Below, in pieces: positions 1 to 10,553 of a stretch of 64,000 nt of DNA. The position numbers and the translations under genes are program-made. The stretch is from Gemmatimonadales bacterium (GTDB lineage: Bacteria > Gemmatimonadota > Gemmatimonadetes > Gemmatimonadales > GWC2-71-9), in assembly GCA_037189525.1 (NCBI GenBank), contig JBBCJC010000005.1, positions 1,024,001 to 1,088,000 on the forward strand, given 5' to 3'. The notes below the pieces were generated by a model. The model had not been told where the DNA came from and ran no database searches. It worked only from the letters and a program-made list of their open reading frames with translations. How positions within the stretch are numbered: the stretch's first letter is position 1; each line of letters starts with the position of its first letter.

Positions 1-1
1 C

Positions 2-466
2 GACCTCTACCTCAAGTCACGCCGCTACTACTGGAACAACCCGCCGTCACGCGAGCTCCGGGCCCGCTACGTCGAGATCCGGAACCGCTTGGTGCGCGCG
101 TTTGCCGACTCGGGAGGTAAGATTATGGCGGGGTCGGACGGGCCCGGCGGCCTGATGGGCTACGGCTGGATGATGCACCGCGAGTTGGAGGGATTGGTAC
201 GCGCCGGACTCACACCAGCTGAAGCCCTGCGCGCCGCGACGGTCGTGCCCACCGAGTTTCTCGGCCAGTCGGCCGAGGTTGGGACCATCGAGCCCGGCAA
301 ACGAGCGGACCTGGTGCTCCTCGCCGGCAACCCGCTCGCCGACATCCGCCACACCAGCCGCATTGAGGGCGTGGTAGTGGGCGGCCGCTGGCTCGACCGC
401 CCCACACTCGACGGCATGATCGACGCCGCCGGGCGACGCCTCAACCCAGGCGGCTATCGACCGTGA
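2..466 (+). CDS. Amidohydrolase family protein, C-terminal part (runs off the left edge)
   Basis: Open frame from window start; GSDG...HRELE..V.AGLTPAEALRAAT and GTIEPGKRADLVLL are typical amidohydrolase C-terminal motifs. Confidence 0.85.
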   Translation, partial: DLYLKSRRYYWNNPPSRELRARYVEIRNRLVRAFADSGGKIMAGSDGPGGLMGYGWMMHRELEGLVRAGLTPAEALRAATVVPTEFLGQSAEVGTIEPGKRADLVLLAGNPLADIRHTSRIEGVVVGGRWLDRPTLDGMIDAAGRRLNPGGYRP

Positions 467-481
467 GCCTGACCGCGGTTG

Positions 482-2422
482 CTACCGGCTGCGGGGCTCG
501 ATCGAAGGAGCGCGGTCGAGGGTGCCCTCGATCCGGTCCATCCCGTCGACCACGAGCCGCACCGTGGGCGACGTACCTGACGCGAAGGGATCGGCCGCTT
601 CGACGATCAGCGTGAAGGCACGCTCCTCACCGGACGAGGCGAGCCGGGCCATCCCGGTAATCGATGCCCAGCCGGCGGCGGTCTGGAGCGTACCGAGCGA
701 GGTCGCTTCGAGCGCAGCCCCAGCCGGCGCGGTGAGGCGCAGGGTGCCCGCGGCGCGCTGACTCTGGCGCGCCTGGCGAATGTCGAGGGTGAGCGTGCCG
801 CGGCTTTCACCGCTCAGGACCGCGAAGCCACCCGAAGCACGGACCCGTCGGGCGGCATTCAGGTCCATGGGCCGGCTCGGCATGTTGCCGGTGCGCCGGA
901 GGATCCGGCCGCCGCGTTCGCCAGTCGCCTTGCCGTCGCGGAACGCGATGGCGCCGTTCACCAGCACGTGACGGATCCCCTCCGACGGCGCGCCAGGGTT
1001 TTCGAAGGTCGCGTGGTCGATCACCGTGGCCGTGTCGAAGACCACGACATCGGCCGCCATGCCGGGTGCGATGAGACCGCGATCGACCAACCCCATCATC
1101 GCCGCGGGCAACCCGCTCATCTTCCGGATCGCGTCTTCCCAGGTCAGCACTCGCTGCTCGCGCACGTAGCGGCCGAGCACCCGCGGATACGTACCAAACG
1201 CTCTCGGGTGACCGCGCTCGTTGGTGGTCGCGCCGCAGTCGCAGGCCACCGCGGTCGAGTGATACTGGAACAGCTTGACCAGATCCGCCTCGATTCCGAA
1301 GCCGAGAATCGCCCACGGGCTTTCCGTTTCCAGCACCTTGACGACGGCCTCGCCGGGCGTAGCGACACCCTGCTCGCGCATGATGTCGGAGAGCTTGCGA
1401 GTGCCGAGTACCAGGATGGTTTCGGGACCGTTGAACCGGGCTTTGATGGCCTCGTTGGACTCCTGGATGATCCGGGCCCGAAGGGCGGGATCACGAAACC
1501 GGGCTCGCATCGAATCGGTGCCGCCGTCGGCTGCCCAGCCGGGAATGATCAGTGCGCCGAGCCCGGTTTGTCCCGCCAGGTACGGATACACGTCCGTTGC
1601 AATCCAGCGTCCTTCGGCCGAATGGCGGTTCATCATCTCGAGCACGATGTCGGCGCTGCCCTGCTCATGCCCCTGCACCTTCATGTGCGTAAAGGTCGGG
1701 ACGAGCCCTGCGCGGAACCCGATGTCACGGGTTTCTTCGACACCGGCGCGCGCGCTGAACCCGGTTTCGGGAATGACCCGATCGTGATTGGGAAAGAAGG
1801 TCCGCCAGCGCCGGGCCGGTTCGAGCACGGCGACAACCTCGTCGGTCTTGGCGTAGTAAGCCGGCTTGTAGTCGAGCCCGGCCGATACCCCGAACGCGCC
1901 ACGCGCCAGGTTCGCAGCGACCAGTCCCTGCATCTTTTCGATCTCGGCCGCCGTGGGACGCCGATCGGACAACCCGACCACCTCGCGCCAGATCGAATTG
2001 AATCCGATGCTCGCCGCCACGTTGACTGCGAGCCCGTTCGGCTCGAGCGCGGCAAACTGTCCGTTGAGATCGATGGGACCGGCGCCATCGGCGTTGAGCA
2101 ATTCCGTCGTGACACCCTGGGTCAGCATGTTGACCGCCGTGGGCAGCGCCGATGGCTGCGCATGGCTGTGCACGTTGATGAACCCGGGCGCCACCATCAA
2201 GCCGCGCGCATCGATTTCGGTGGCCGCCTGCACCCGGCCCAGCTGTCCGATCCGCACGATCCTCCCGTCGCGGACCGCCACATCGGCCACGAAGCGGCGA
2301 GCCCCGGTCCCGTCGACCACGAGCCCGCCGCGAAGCACGACGTCATAGCCGGGCTGCTGCCCGGTCGGGACGCTCACGAACAGCGCCGCCATGGCAAGCA
2401 TACCCGAACGCACCACCGTCAT
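482..2422 (-). CDS. D-aminoacylase-like amidohydrolase with signal peptide and C-terminal extension
   Basis: APGFINVHSH metal motif, HPRAFGTYPRVLG, DRGLIAPGMAADVVVFD; N-terminal signal-like segment. Confidence 0.85.
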   Translation of the reverse strand: MTVVRSGMLAMAALFVSVPTGQQPGYDVVLRGGLVVDGTGARRFVADVAVRDGRIVRIGQLGRVQAATEIDARGLMVAPGFINVHSHAQPSALPTAVNMLTQGVTTELLNADGAGPIDLNGQFAALEPNGLAVNVAASIGFNSIWREVVGLSDRRPTAAEIEKMQGLVAANLARGAFGVSAGLDYKPAYYAKTDEVVAVLEPARRWRTFFPNHDRVIPETGFSARAGVEETRDIGFRAGLVPTFTHMKVQGHEQGSADIVLEMMNRHSAEGRWIATDVYPYLAGQTGLGALIIPGWAADGGTDSMRARFRDPALRARIIQESNEAIKARFNGPETILVLGTRKLSDIMREQGVATPGEAVVKVLETESPWAILGFGIEADLVKLFQYHSTAVACDCGATTNERGHPRAFGTYPRVLGRYVREQRVLTWEDAIRKMSGLPAAMMGLVDRGLIAPGMAADVVVFDTATVIDHATFENPGAPSEGIRHVLVNGAIAFRDGKATGERGGRILRRTGNMPSRPMDLNAARRVRASGGFAVLSGESRGTLTLDIRQARQSQRAAGTLRLTAPAGAALEATSLGTLQTAAGWASITGMARLASSGEERAFTLIVEAADPFASGTSPTVRLVVDGMDRIEGTLDRAPSIEPRSR

Positions 2423-2545
2423 GAGAGCATCCTCGATCGGAGAGGGTGACATCAACTAGTTGAAAACGCTGACAGAGAATAATGCCGTGGGGCGAGCGAT
2501 GGGACGAACCTGAAGGGCGACGACCGGCGGGTGTCGCCCCTGAGC

Positions 2546-2986
2546 TCAACACGATAGGGAGATTGCAGGAAACCAGTTTTCGACGAGAAGACCGGGCACC
2601 CGCTCGAACTCGCGGACGTTGCCGGTGGCCACGACGAATCCGTTGGCGCGCGCGATACTGGCGATGACGAGATCCCGCTCGCCGATCGGTGAGGCCCGAA
2701 GCGCCAACCGAATCTCGGCGTGATGCGACGCCGCGGCTCGATCGAAGTCGAGCAGGAGGATACCGGTTGCCAGGATCGAGTCGACCTGGTTCAGGCTCGC
2801 CTCGGGATCGCGGCTCCGAAGCGCGCCGTACCTGAGTTCCGCCTCGGTCATCGCCGTGATCGCGAGGTCGCCGGGCGACAGCGCGCGGAGCCGCTCGGGA
2901 ATGCCACGCCGGCGGCGGAGCCACTCGATACAGATATCGGTATCGAGGACCCACGGCCCCGCGCCGGCCACGACGTCAGGCTTCAT
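2546..2986 (-). CDS. vapC: VapC PIN-domain toxin
   Basis: VLDTDICI, AELRYG, IGERDLVIASIA, TGNVREFERVPGL; overlaps the upstream antitoxin. Confidence 0.9.
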   Translation of the reverse strand: MKPDVVAGAGPWVLDTDICIEWLRRRRGIPERLRALSPGDLAITAMTEAELRYGALRSRDPEASLNQVDSILATGILLLDFDRAAASHHAEIRLALRASPIGERDLVIASIARANGFVVATGNVREFERVPGLLVENWFPAISLSC

Positions 2987-3251
2987 CGCTCCATTGCTCG
3001 ATGGCGCGATCCCGATGCGGCGTGGGAGGCAGGGGCTCGGGCACCGTGAAGTCGTCACTGACAGGACCGGCCTTGTCGAACCAACTCCAGAACGCCGCAG
3101 GCCACTTGGGCTTTTCCAAAGGCTCCAGAATCACTCGATTACCCTCCCTTCTGATGCGAACGTATCGTCCCGGGAAACGAAAGGCGGCCGGAAGCCGAAC
3201 GGCCTGACTGCCTCCGGTCATGAACAGAGCCGCGCGAAGTTCTTCGGCCAT
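2976..3251 (-). CDS. vapB: VapB antitoxin (AbrB/MazE-type DNA-binding domain)
   Basis: LFMTGGSQAVRLPAAFRF...IRREGNRVILEP; GGAGG RBS before ATG at 3251. Confidence 0.9.
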   Translation of the reverse strand: MAEELRAALFMTGGSQAVRLPAAFRFPGRYVRIRREGNRVILEPLEKPKWPAAFWSWFDKAGPVSDDFTVPEPLPPTPHRDRAIEQWSDEA

Positions 3252-3260
3252 CCGGACACC

Positions 3261-3310
3261 TCCCCTTGACGTATCTACAGTAGATACATCACCGGGATGC
3301 GTCAAGGGGA
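3261..3310 (-). promoter_or_regulatory. vapBC sigma70 promoter with palindromic operator
   Basis: Minus strand TTGACG-17 nt-TACTGT; perfect palindrome GTATCTAC-A-GTAGATAC (3271-3287) over the -10; outer inverted repeat 3261-3271/3300-3310. Confidence 0.75.
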
Positions 3311-3434
3311 AAGCGACAGATCGGGAGCGCGGCGGCAGCGCAGAAAGGATCGGCATAGTCATGCTGGCAACCTATCGAGGTGGGACCCCTGCCAAGTAGC
3401 CGAAAAAACGCAGACATCATCTTTTTTACGCTAG

Positions 3435-5468
<2,034 letters not shown>

Positions 5469-5485
5469 CCTCCTTTCCCAGCAAG

Positions 5486-5523
5486 CAAAGAGGCCCCGCC
5501 GTCAGGCGGGGCCTCTTTTTTTC
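5486..5523 (+). terminator. Intrinsic terminator after dnaK (possibly bidirectional)
   Basis: AAAGAGGCCCCGCC-GTCA-GGCGGGGCCTCTTTTTTT. Confidence 0.9.
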
Positions 5524-5548
5524 CTCTCGACGATCCTGTTGACCGACT

Positions 5549-6796
5549 CTACAGCGCCGCCGGCTCCGTCGAGACCACCATGTTGCCGATGGTCACGTTG
5601 GCATTGTTCGTCTTGACGAAGTTGAGCTTCCCGGTCACATACGGCACGCTCCAGATCGAAGCCGTCGTCGGATCGGTGCTGCTGTCATAGAGCGCGCGAT
5701 CCAGCGTGAGTGTCGCCCGCTCCGCGCAGTTGGCTCCGTTGGCACCCGTTGCCCAATAGACCAGCCGGGCCGTTCCGTCGTCGTTGGCGCCCGTGTCGAA
5801 GCAGATCGTCGACGGCCCCGCCGTGAAGAGCGCGTTGCCTCCCGCAGTGTAGCTGTACTGCGTGGTCGAGCCGGTGTTGAAGCGGAACCAGGTCCACGAG
5901 GAACCGGAGTTCGAGCGTCCACCCGTCAAAATCAGCTTACCCGCGGACTGCGCCGGGTTGCCCGTCGGGTTGGCATCCTGGCCGAGCACGGTGTAGAAGT
6001 AGCTGTTGTTGGCGGAGGCCTGGACGCCTTCGAGGCGGACATGGCGAACGGTGCCCACGGCCGGCGTGCACAACTGCTGCCAGTCCGTATTGGTCGCCCA
6101 CGCGGCCGAGCACGTCGTGGCGGCCGCGATGGCGGACGCTTCGAGCACGTGCTCGGTCGACAACGTGACCTTGGGCGAGGTCCCCGCGCTGCTCGATTGC
6201 CGGAAATACGCCTTTGCTTGCTTCGCAACTGCGCCGGTGGTTCCCTGCCAGGTGGCCTGCGCGGCGAAGGCCGTGGCGGCCGTCAGTGTACTGCGGGTCT
6301 CGCAGTCGGCGCCCCGCTGCCCGTCGACCCACAGTACGAAGGCCGGCGCCGTGGTGGCGCTGCCGTCGTGGAGGTCGAAGCAGACCGTCGCACCTGCATT
6401 GATGAATGCGGCGCTGCCATCGAGTACGGCATCGACCGATCCGAAGCTCGCCTGCACCAGCGCCGCAGGAGCGGGCACGCCGCCCCCGTAAAAGAGGACC
6501 CGGAACTGGCCGGCGCCGAGCGCGGCGGTCGGGCTAGTCGGCGCGGCGGTAAAGCCGAAGACGATCTGCGCCGAGGCGTGAGTGGCCGGCGCGCGAAGGT
6601 TTTCGATCCGAACATGCCGCACCGGCCCATCGAGCGCGCAGAGTTCGACGAAGGCGTCGCCCTGCGAAATATCGGTGCTACAGCGGGTCAGGTCGGCGGG
6701 ATCATCCGGGCCAGCGGGGTCGTCGCTGCACCCGATAACCAGCGTAGCCAGACCAATCAGGGCAAGCCTGGCGTACGAAACGGCCGGTAAGTTCAC
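5549..6796 (-). CDS. Hypothetical lipoprotein with two tandem homologous Cys-containing domains
   Basis: Lipobox LVIGC; repeated LC...VRHVR(I/L)E, T(V/I)CFD, GA(D/N)C..R.TLT motifs. Confidence 0.7.
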   Translation of the reverse strand: MNLPAVSYARLALIGLATLVIGCSDDPAGPDDPADLTRCSTDISQGDAFVELCALDGPVRHVRIENLRAPATHASAQIVFGFTAAPTSPTAALGAGQFRVLFYGGGVPAPAALVQASFGSVDAVLDGSAAFINAGATVCFDLHDGSATTAPAFVLWVDGQRGADCETRSTLTAATAFAAQATWQGTTGAVAKQAKAYFRQSSSAGTSPKVTLSTEHVLEASAIAAATTCSAAWATNTDWQQLCTPAVGTVRHVRLEGVQASANNSYFYTVLGQDANPTGNPAQSAGKLILTGGRSNSGSSWTWFRFNTGSTTQYSYTAGGNALFTAGPSTICFDTGANDDGTARLVYWATGANGANCAERATLTLDRALYDSSTDPTTASIWSVPYVTGKLNFVKTNNANVTIGNMVVSTEPAAL

Positions 6797-6992
6797 AGAG
6801 TCCTCTGGGTACGGAGTACGGGGTATGACGTGGTTGCACGGCTAAAATAGAGAAGCGCCGCAGTCCCGTTAACCGTAGAAATACGGCCCTCCGGCGCGAG
6901 ACCCGGCAGAACCGTGACGACCGATACCCAAACACCCTCGTAGCCCTATCTTCGTTTCTCCCCCTCTCCCGAACCACGGAAGGTCCTGACCC

Positions 6993-7514
6993 GTGAACGA
7001 CTTACGCTATCCCGTCGGCCGGTTCCATCACTCCGGCAACGTCTCACATCAGCAGCTGGCTGCGTGGATCGACGAGATCAGCGCGCTCCCGGTTGCCCTG
7101 CGCCGAGCGGTCGAACCGCTGAATGACGACCAGCTCGACACGGCCTATCGCCCCGGGGGCTGGACCCTGCGCCAGGTCGTCCACCACATCCCGGACAGCC
7201 ACCTCAATTGCTACGTCCGGTTCAAGCTGGCACTGACGGAGGACGAACCGACCATCAAGCCCTACGATGAGGCCCGTTGGGCCGAATTGCCTGATTCACG
7301 GGCGTCGATCGGAGTGAGTCTCTCGTTGACCGAAGCCGTGCATGCGCGGTGGACTATGATGCTCCGCGCGATGTCGGATGCGGACTGGCGCAGACGGTTC
7401 ATCCATCCGGATTCGGGCCCGACCGACCTGGACCGCGCCGTCGGCTTATATGCCTGGCACGGGCGACACCATCTCGCGCACATTACCGGCACGGTGACTC
7501 GACACGGTTGGTAA
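6993..7514 (+). CDS. YfiT/BstA-like DinB-superfamily thiol transferase
   Basis: DLRYPVG, YRPGGWTLRQVVHHIPDSH, LYAWHGRHHLAHI. Confidence 0.9.
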   Translation: MNDLRYPVGRFHHSGNVSHQQLAAWIDEISALPVALRRAVEPLNDDQLDTAYRPGGWTLRQVVHHIPDSHLNCYVRFKLALTEDEPTIKPYDEARWAELPDSRASIGVSLSLTEAVHARWTMMLRAMSDADWRRRFIHPDSGPTDLDRAVGLYAWHGRHHLAHITGTVTRHGW

Positions 7515-7687
7515 CTTGATCGGACAAGCTGCGACGGTCTATCGGGCCGCAGCTTGGCATGGCATCACGCAAGTCCGATCATCGAAGGCCATGCGTAGCT
7601 GCCGCGCAAACCGAGATACGACGGACTGAGCGCCGAGTACGGGGCGCGCACTAGATTGGAAACACGATCCAAGCTGGGGAGACGGGG

Positions 7688-8065
7688 ATGAAACTCTGGA
7701 CTGGTGTCATTACGGAACGGGTGATCGAATCCCGCGACTTCTATGTCCGCCTGTTCGGCTGCTCCGTCCTCTTCGACAGCGACTGGTTCGTCCTGCTCGA
7801 ACTGGGCGGCGGCGAACTGGGATTCCTCAAGCCGGACCTTCCCGCCCAGGCCACGCCCTTCCGGGGAGCCTACCCCGGCCAGGGAATGTGGGTCACGATC
7901 GACGTCGACGATGTCGAGGCGCACCATGCGCGCCTGGTGTCGCTCGGCGTTCCGATCGAACTGGACCTGCGCACCGAGGAGTGGGGCGACCGGCACTTCG
8001 TGATCCGTGACCCCAACGGGATCGGGGTCGACATCGTCACTCGAGCGGCTGCACCTCCCTCCTGA
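7688..8065 (+). CDS. VOC/glyoxalase family protein
   Basis: SRDFY, VDDVEA, EEWGDRHFVIRDPNG. Confidence 0.88.
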   Translation: MKLWTGVITERVIESRDFYVRLFGCSVLFDSDWFVLLELGGGELGFLKPDLPAQATPFRGAYPGQGMWVTIDVDDVEAHHARLVSLGVPIELDLRTEEWGDRHFVIRDPNGIGVDIVTRAAAPPS

Positions 8066-8087
8066 TCTGCCCCGGTCGCGATGCTGC

Positions 8088-9131
8088 TCAGCGGAGCGAC
8101 CGCACCGGTTGCGTCCAGGCTCTCCGGCCGCTCGAATCCGTCACACGGGCGCGAACATACCCCTCGCTGCCACTCGGCCGGTAGCGCGCCGTGAGGCCGT
8201 CGACGGTGGCCAGCACCCGCCCACCCGACCCGATGAATTCGGTCCGGTAGCGTCGATCGGCACTCGGCAGCATCTCGATCAGAATCTCGCCTGCGGTAAC
8301 CTGATAATCGCGCAGCGTCACACCCGTCGAACTATAGAAATCGCCTCGGTGCAATGCGCGCACGATGGCCGGCGCCGTCAGGGTATCGGCGCGGACCATG
8401 ATCCATCCGCGCCCAGGCCTCGCCAGGTCCGCATTCTCGGCGTGTTCCGGCCGGAAGCTGTGGCTGTCGTCGTCGGCCACGCCCCAGATTTGTTTGCCGC
8501 GCGACAGGAGGGAATCCCAGACCGCTTCGGCCGACGGCATCGTCCGCCCGGCTCCGTCGCTCCCGCCCAGGTTATTGACCAGGGGATGACCGTTCCAGAT
8601 CTCGAGCAGCGTCGAATCGGGCAAGCCAACCAGCTCACCAAGCGAAACCGACCAACGAAAGTTGGGATGGTTGACCTGGGCCACCCCTCCGGCCTCTCGT
8701 ACTGCCCGCAGGTGGCGCTCATAGGTCGCGGCAATGGAGGTGCCCGTCGCGATGTTCCGCTCGCCCAACGGACGGATGACCCTGGTAGCACCCAGCGCAT
8801 TCACGTGCGCCTGGCGCATTTTGTCGGGATGGGTCGAGTCGGCCACGCGCTGCGTGATCTCCTGCCCCGAGATGACGAGAAAACGATCGGCCGCACCGAG
8901 CAGCGCATCGAGCGGCGCCACATCGGTGATGAACTCGTGATCGGTGATGAAGGTGAAATGGTATCCGTGATCGCGATACCAGCGCACCACGACGTCCGGC
9001 GGACTGTCGCCATCGGTGTTGAGGGTGTGGGCGTGGGTGTTGCCGCGGTACCAGCGTCCCGGCGTGGCGCTCTGAGCCGCGAGGGGCGCCGCGAACAGGA
9101 TCAGGACGGCGAAGCGAAGCAGACTGGGCAT
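8088..9131 (-). CDS. Secreted PHP-domain metallohydrolase (CehA/McbA-like)
   Basis: Signal peptide; GNTHAHT, ITDHE, NHP, DDSH metal-binding motifs. Confidence 0.85.
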   Translation of the reverse strand: MPSLLRFAVLILFAAPLAAQSATPGRWYRGNTHAHTLNTDGDSPPDVVVRWYRDHGYHFTFITDHEFITDVAPLDALLGAADRFLVISGQEITQRVADSTHPDKMRQAHVNALGATRVIRPLGERNIATGTSIAATYERHLRAVREAGGVAQVNHPNFRWSVSLGELVGLPDSTLLEIWNGHPLVNNLGGSDGAGRTMPSAEAVWDSLLSRGKQIWGVADDDSHSFRPEHAENADLARPGRGWIMVRADTLTAPAIVRALHRGDFYSSTGVTLRDYQVTAGEILIEMLPSADRRYRTEFIGSGGRVLATVDGLTARYRPSGSEGYVRARVTDSSGRRAWTQPVRSLR

Positions 9132-9180
9132 GGTCCTAATCTGGACCGCGGCGACAACCGCGTCCAGCCGGGCCGATCGG

Positions 9181-9363
9181 TCAGTCCCGGCGCGGGCACT
9201 GCTGATGCGGGAGCCGGACCGTGACCATCATCCAGGACTCGAGCCGCTGCGCTGCGGAAGATCCCGGCATCGGCAACACCTCCGCAACCGGCGCGGGCTG
9301 GCATGCCGAAGCCAGGAGAACGAACCCAACGGCGAGGAACGGGAAACGCCCTGGCGCGGTCAT
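9181..9363 (-). CDS. Short putative lipoprotein or truncated gene
   Basis: Signal peptide with LASAC lipobox, only 60 aa. Confidence 0.3.
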   Translation of the reverse strand: MTAPGRFPFLAVGFVLLASACQPAPVAEVLPMPGSSAAQRLESWMMVTVRLPHQQCPRRD

Positions 9364-9439
9364 GTCGGATCAACCAGCAAACTCCATTCCGATCAAGAGG
9401 AAGTGACCAGAAATGGGCCACGGACGGGCCGGGCCGAGC

Positions 9440-9823
9440 CTAACGCTTCCCGGACTCCGCGTGGAAATAGCTGTCCGTATGGTTGATCCAGTCCTGCCGA
9501 GGCGGCGAGAAGATATCCATATCGAGCGTGTCTTCGAGAGCCTCGGCGCGGTGCCAGACCATCGACGGAATGTGCAGGACCTCTCCAGCGCCGACGACGA
9601 CCGTCTCGGCGCCGTCCTCGCCCAGGAAAAACCGCAAGGCTCCGCTGACAATGTAGGTGAACTGCTCGTTCTCATGCTGATGCTTGGGGACGACGCATCC
9701 CTGCTTGAGAAAGACTTGCGCCAGCATGATCCGATCACCGGTAATCAGCTTTCGGTCGAGTTGATCGGTCACCTTCTCGAGCGGGATATCCGACCAGCGG
9801 GACAGGGTGCATCCGGCAGACAT
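9440..9823 (-). CDS. Cupin-domain protein
   Basis: VPKHQHENEQ...GEVLHIPSMVWH...DIFSPPRQDW. Confidence 0.9.
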   Translation of the reverse strand: MSAGCTLSRWSDIPLEKVTDQLDRKLITGDRIMLAQVFLKQGCVVPKHQHENEQFTYIVSGALRFFLGEDGAETVVVGAGEVLHIPSMVWHRAEALEDTLDMDIFSPPRQDWINHTDSYFHAESGKR

Positions 9824-9992
9824 ATAGCAGATCCTTGGTTCGGGAAGTCGACCCGCGTCAACCGTTCGGGGGCGGGGTCAATGGAAGATCTCTCCTCCCC
9901 CCAAAAGACGACAGTCCGGGTTCGGGCCTCGCGGAGGATGCGGCAACGGCCCGGCTACGGAACCTCAGTCTGGACCGGCGGAAGGAGGGGAG

Positions 9993-10021
9993 TGGGGGTA
10001 GCCTGCCGGTTCGATCGTCTA
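9993..10021 (+). promoter_or_regulatory. ECF-type promoter of the leu operon (copy 1)
   Basis: TGGGGGTAGCCTGCCGGTTCGATCGTCTA; 25/29 identical to the copy at 22022-22050(-); GGGGTA-N15-CGTCTA. Confidence 0.7.
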
Positions 10022-10031
10022 GTATACTGAT

Positions 10032-10142
10032 ATGGTGAACACGCTCAATCACTCCCCCCGACTTATTAGCGTCGTCGGACTGGCCGCAGGGCTCCTCCTT
10101 GCGGTCATTCTTCTCGTCGTTATCGGGACGGGCTGGGTTTAG
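10032..10142 (+). CDS. Leu/Ile/Val-rich attenuator leader peptide of the leu operon
   Basis: MVNTLNHSPRLISVVGLAAGLLLAVILLVVIGTGWV* (36 aa, below the ORF-track cutoff); followed by hairpins and a terminator. Confidence 0.8.
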   Translation: MVNTLNHSPRLISVVGLAAGLLLAVILLVVIGTGWV

Positions 10143-10159
10143 CGCACCATCAAAACCCC

Positions 10160-10234
10160 TGCCCCTCCGAGGTGATCCGGACAGGGGCAACGCAACACGA
10201 CGCGAGGCTCCTTCCGATGGAAGGGGCCTTTTTT
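10160..10234 (+). terminator. leu attenuator: alternative hairpin plus intrinsic terminator
   Basis: Terminator AGGCTCCTTCC-GAT-GGAAGGGGCCT-TTTTT (10205-10234); upstream GCCCCTCC can pair with the terminator 3' arm or with AGGGGCA (10183-10189). Confidence 0.8.
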
Positions 10235-10265
10235 CATTGCTCGCGTCGTGAGGCTGAAAAGGGTC

Positions 10266-10553
10266 ATGCGCCACACCGTCAATCTGCTCGTCGAAGAGTT
10301 GCCTGCCGCCCTCCGGCGGACCGCCGATTTCCTGGGTGAGAGCCCCCTTCGACTCGAGCACCTGACCCTTACGCTCGGACGTCCCGCCCGTCTGACGGCG
10401 GTCTTTGCCCCGAATGCAGCCACCGCCGCAGTCGATCGGTTTGCCCAGGCCGTGGGTGGGCGCCCGATCTCGAACGAGGCGACACCGGCAGACACGAGAC
10501 CGGCCCCGTTTCATTGGCAAGCCGACGGCGCGGGAGACGAACATGTCGGCTGA
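10266..10553 (+). CDS. Small ACT-like domain protein, first gene of the leu operon
   Basis: HTVNLLVEELPAALRRTADFL resembles the ACT beta1-alpha1 of IlvN/H; stop overlaps the leuA start. Confidence 0.5.
   Translation: MRHTVNLLVEELPAALRRTADFLGESPLRLEHLTLTLGRPARLTAVFAPNAATAAVDRFAQAVGGRPISNEATPADTRPAPFHWQADGAGDEHVG

Noticed and set aside
3361..3400. Possible CIRCE element upstream of dnaK
   Set aside because: TGGCA...TGCCA arms are present, but spacing and inner bases do not fit TTAGCACTC-N9-GAGTGCTAA
10022..10240. T-box riboswitch as the explanation for the leu and ilv leaders
   Set aside because: No T-box GGTGG-ACC antiterminator bulge seen; BCAA-rich leader ORFs explain the structure better
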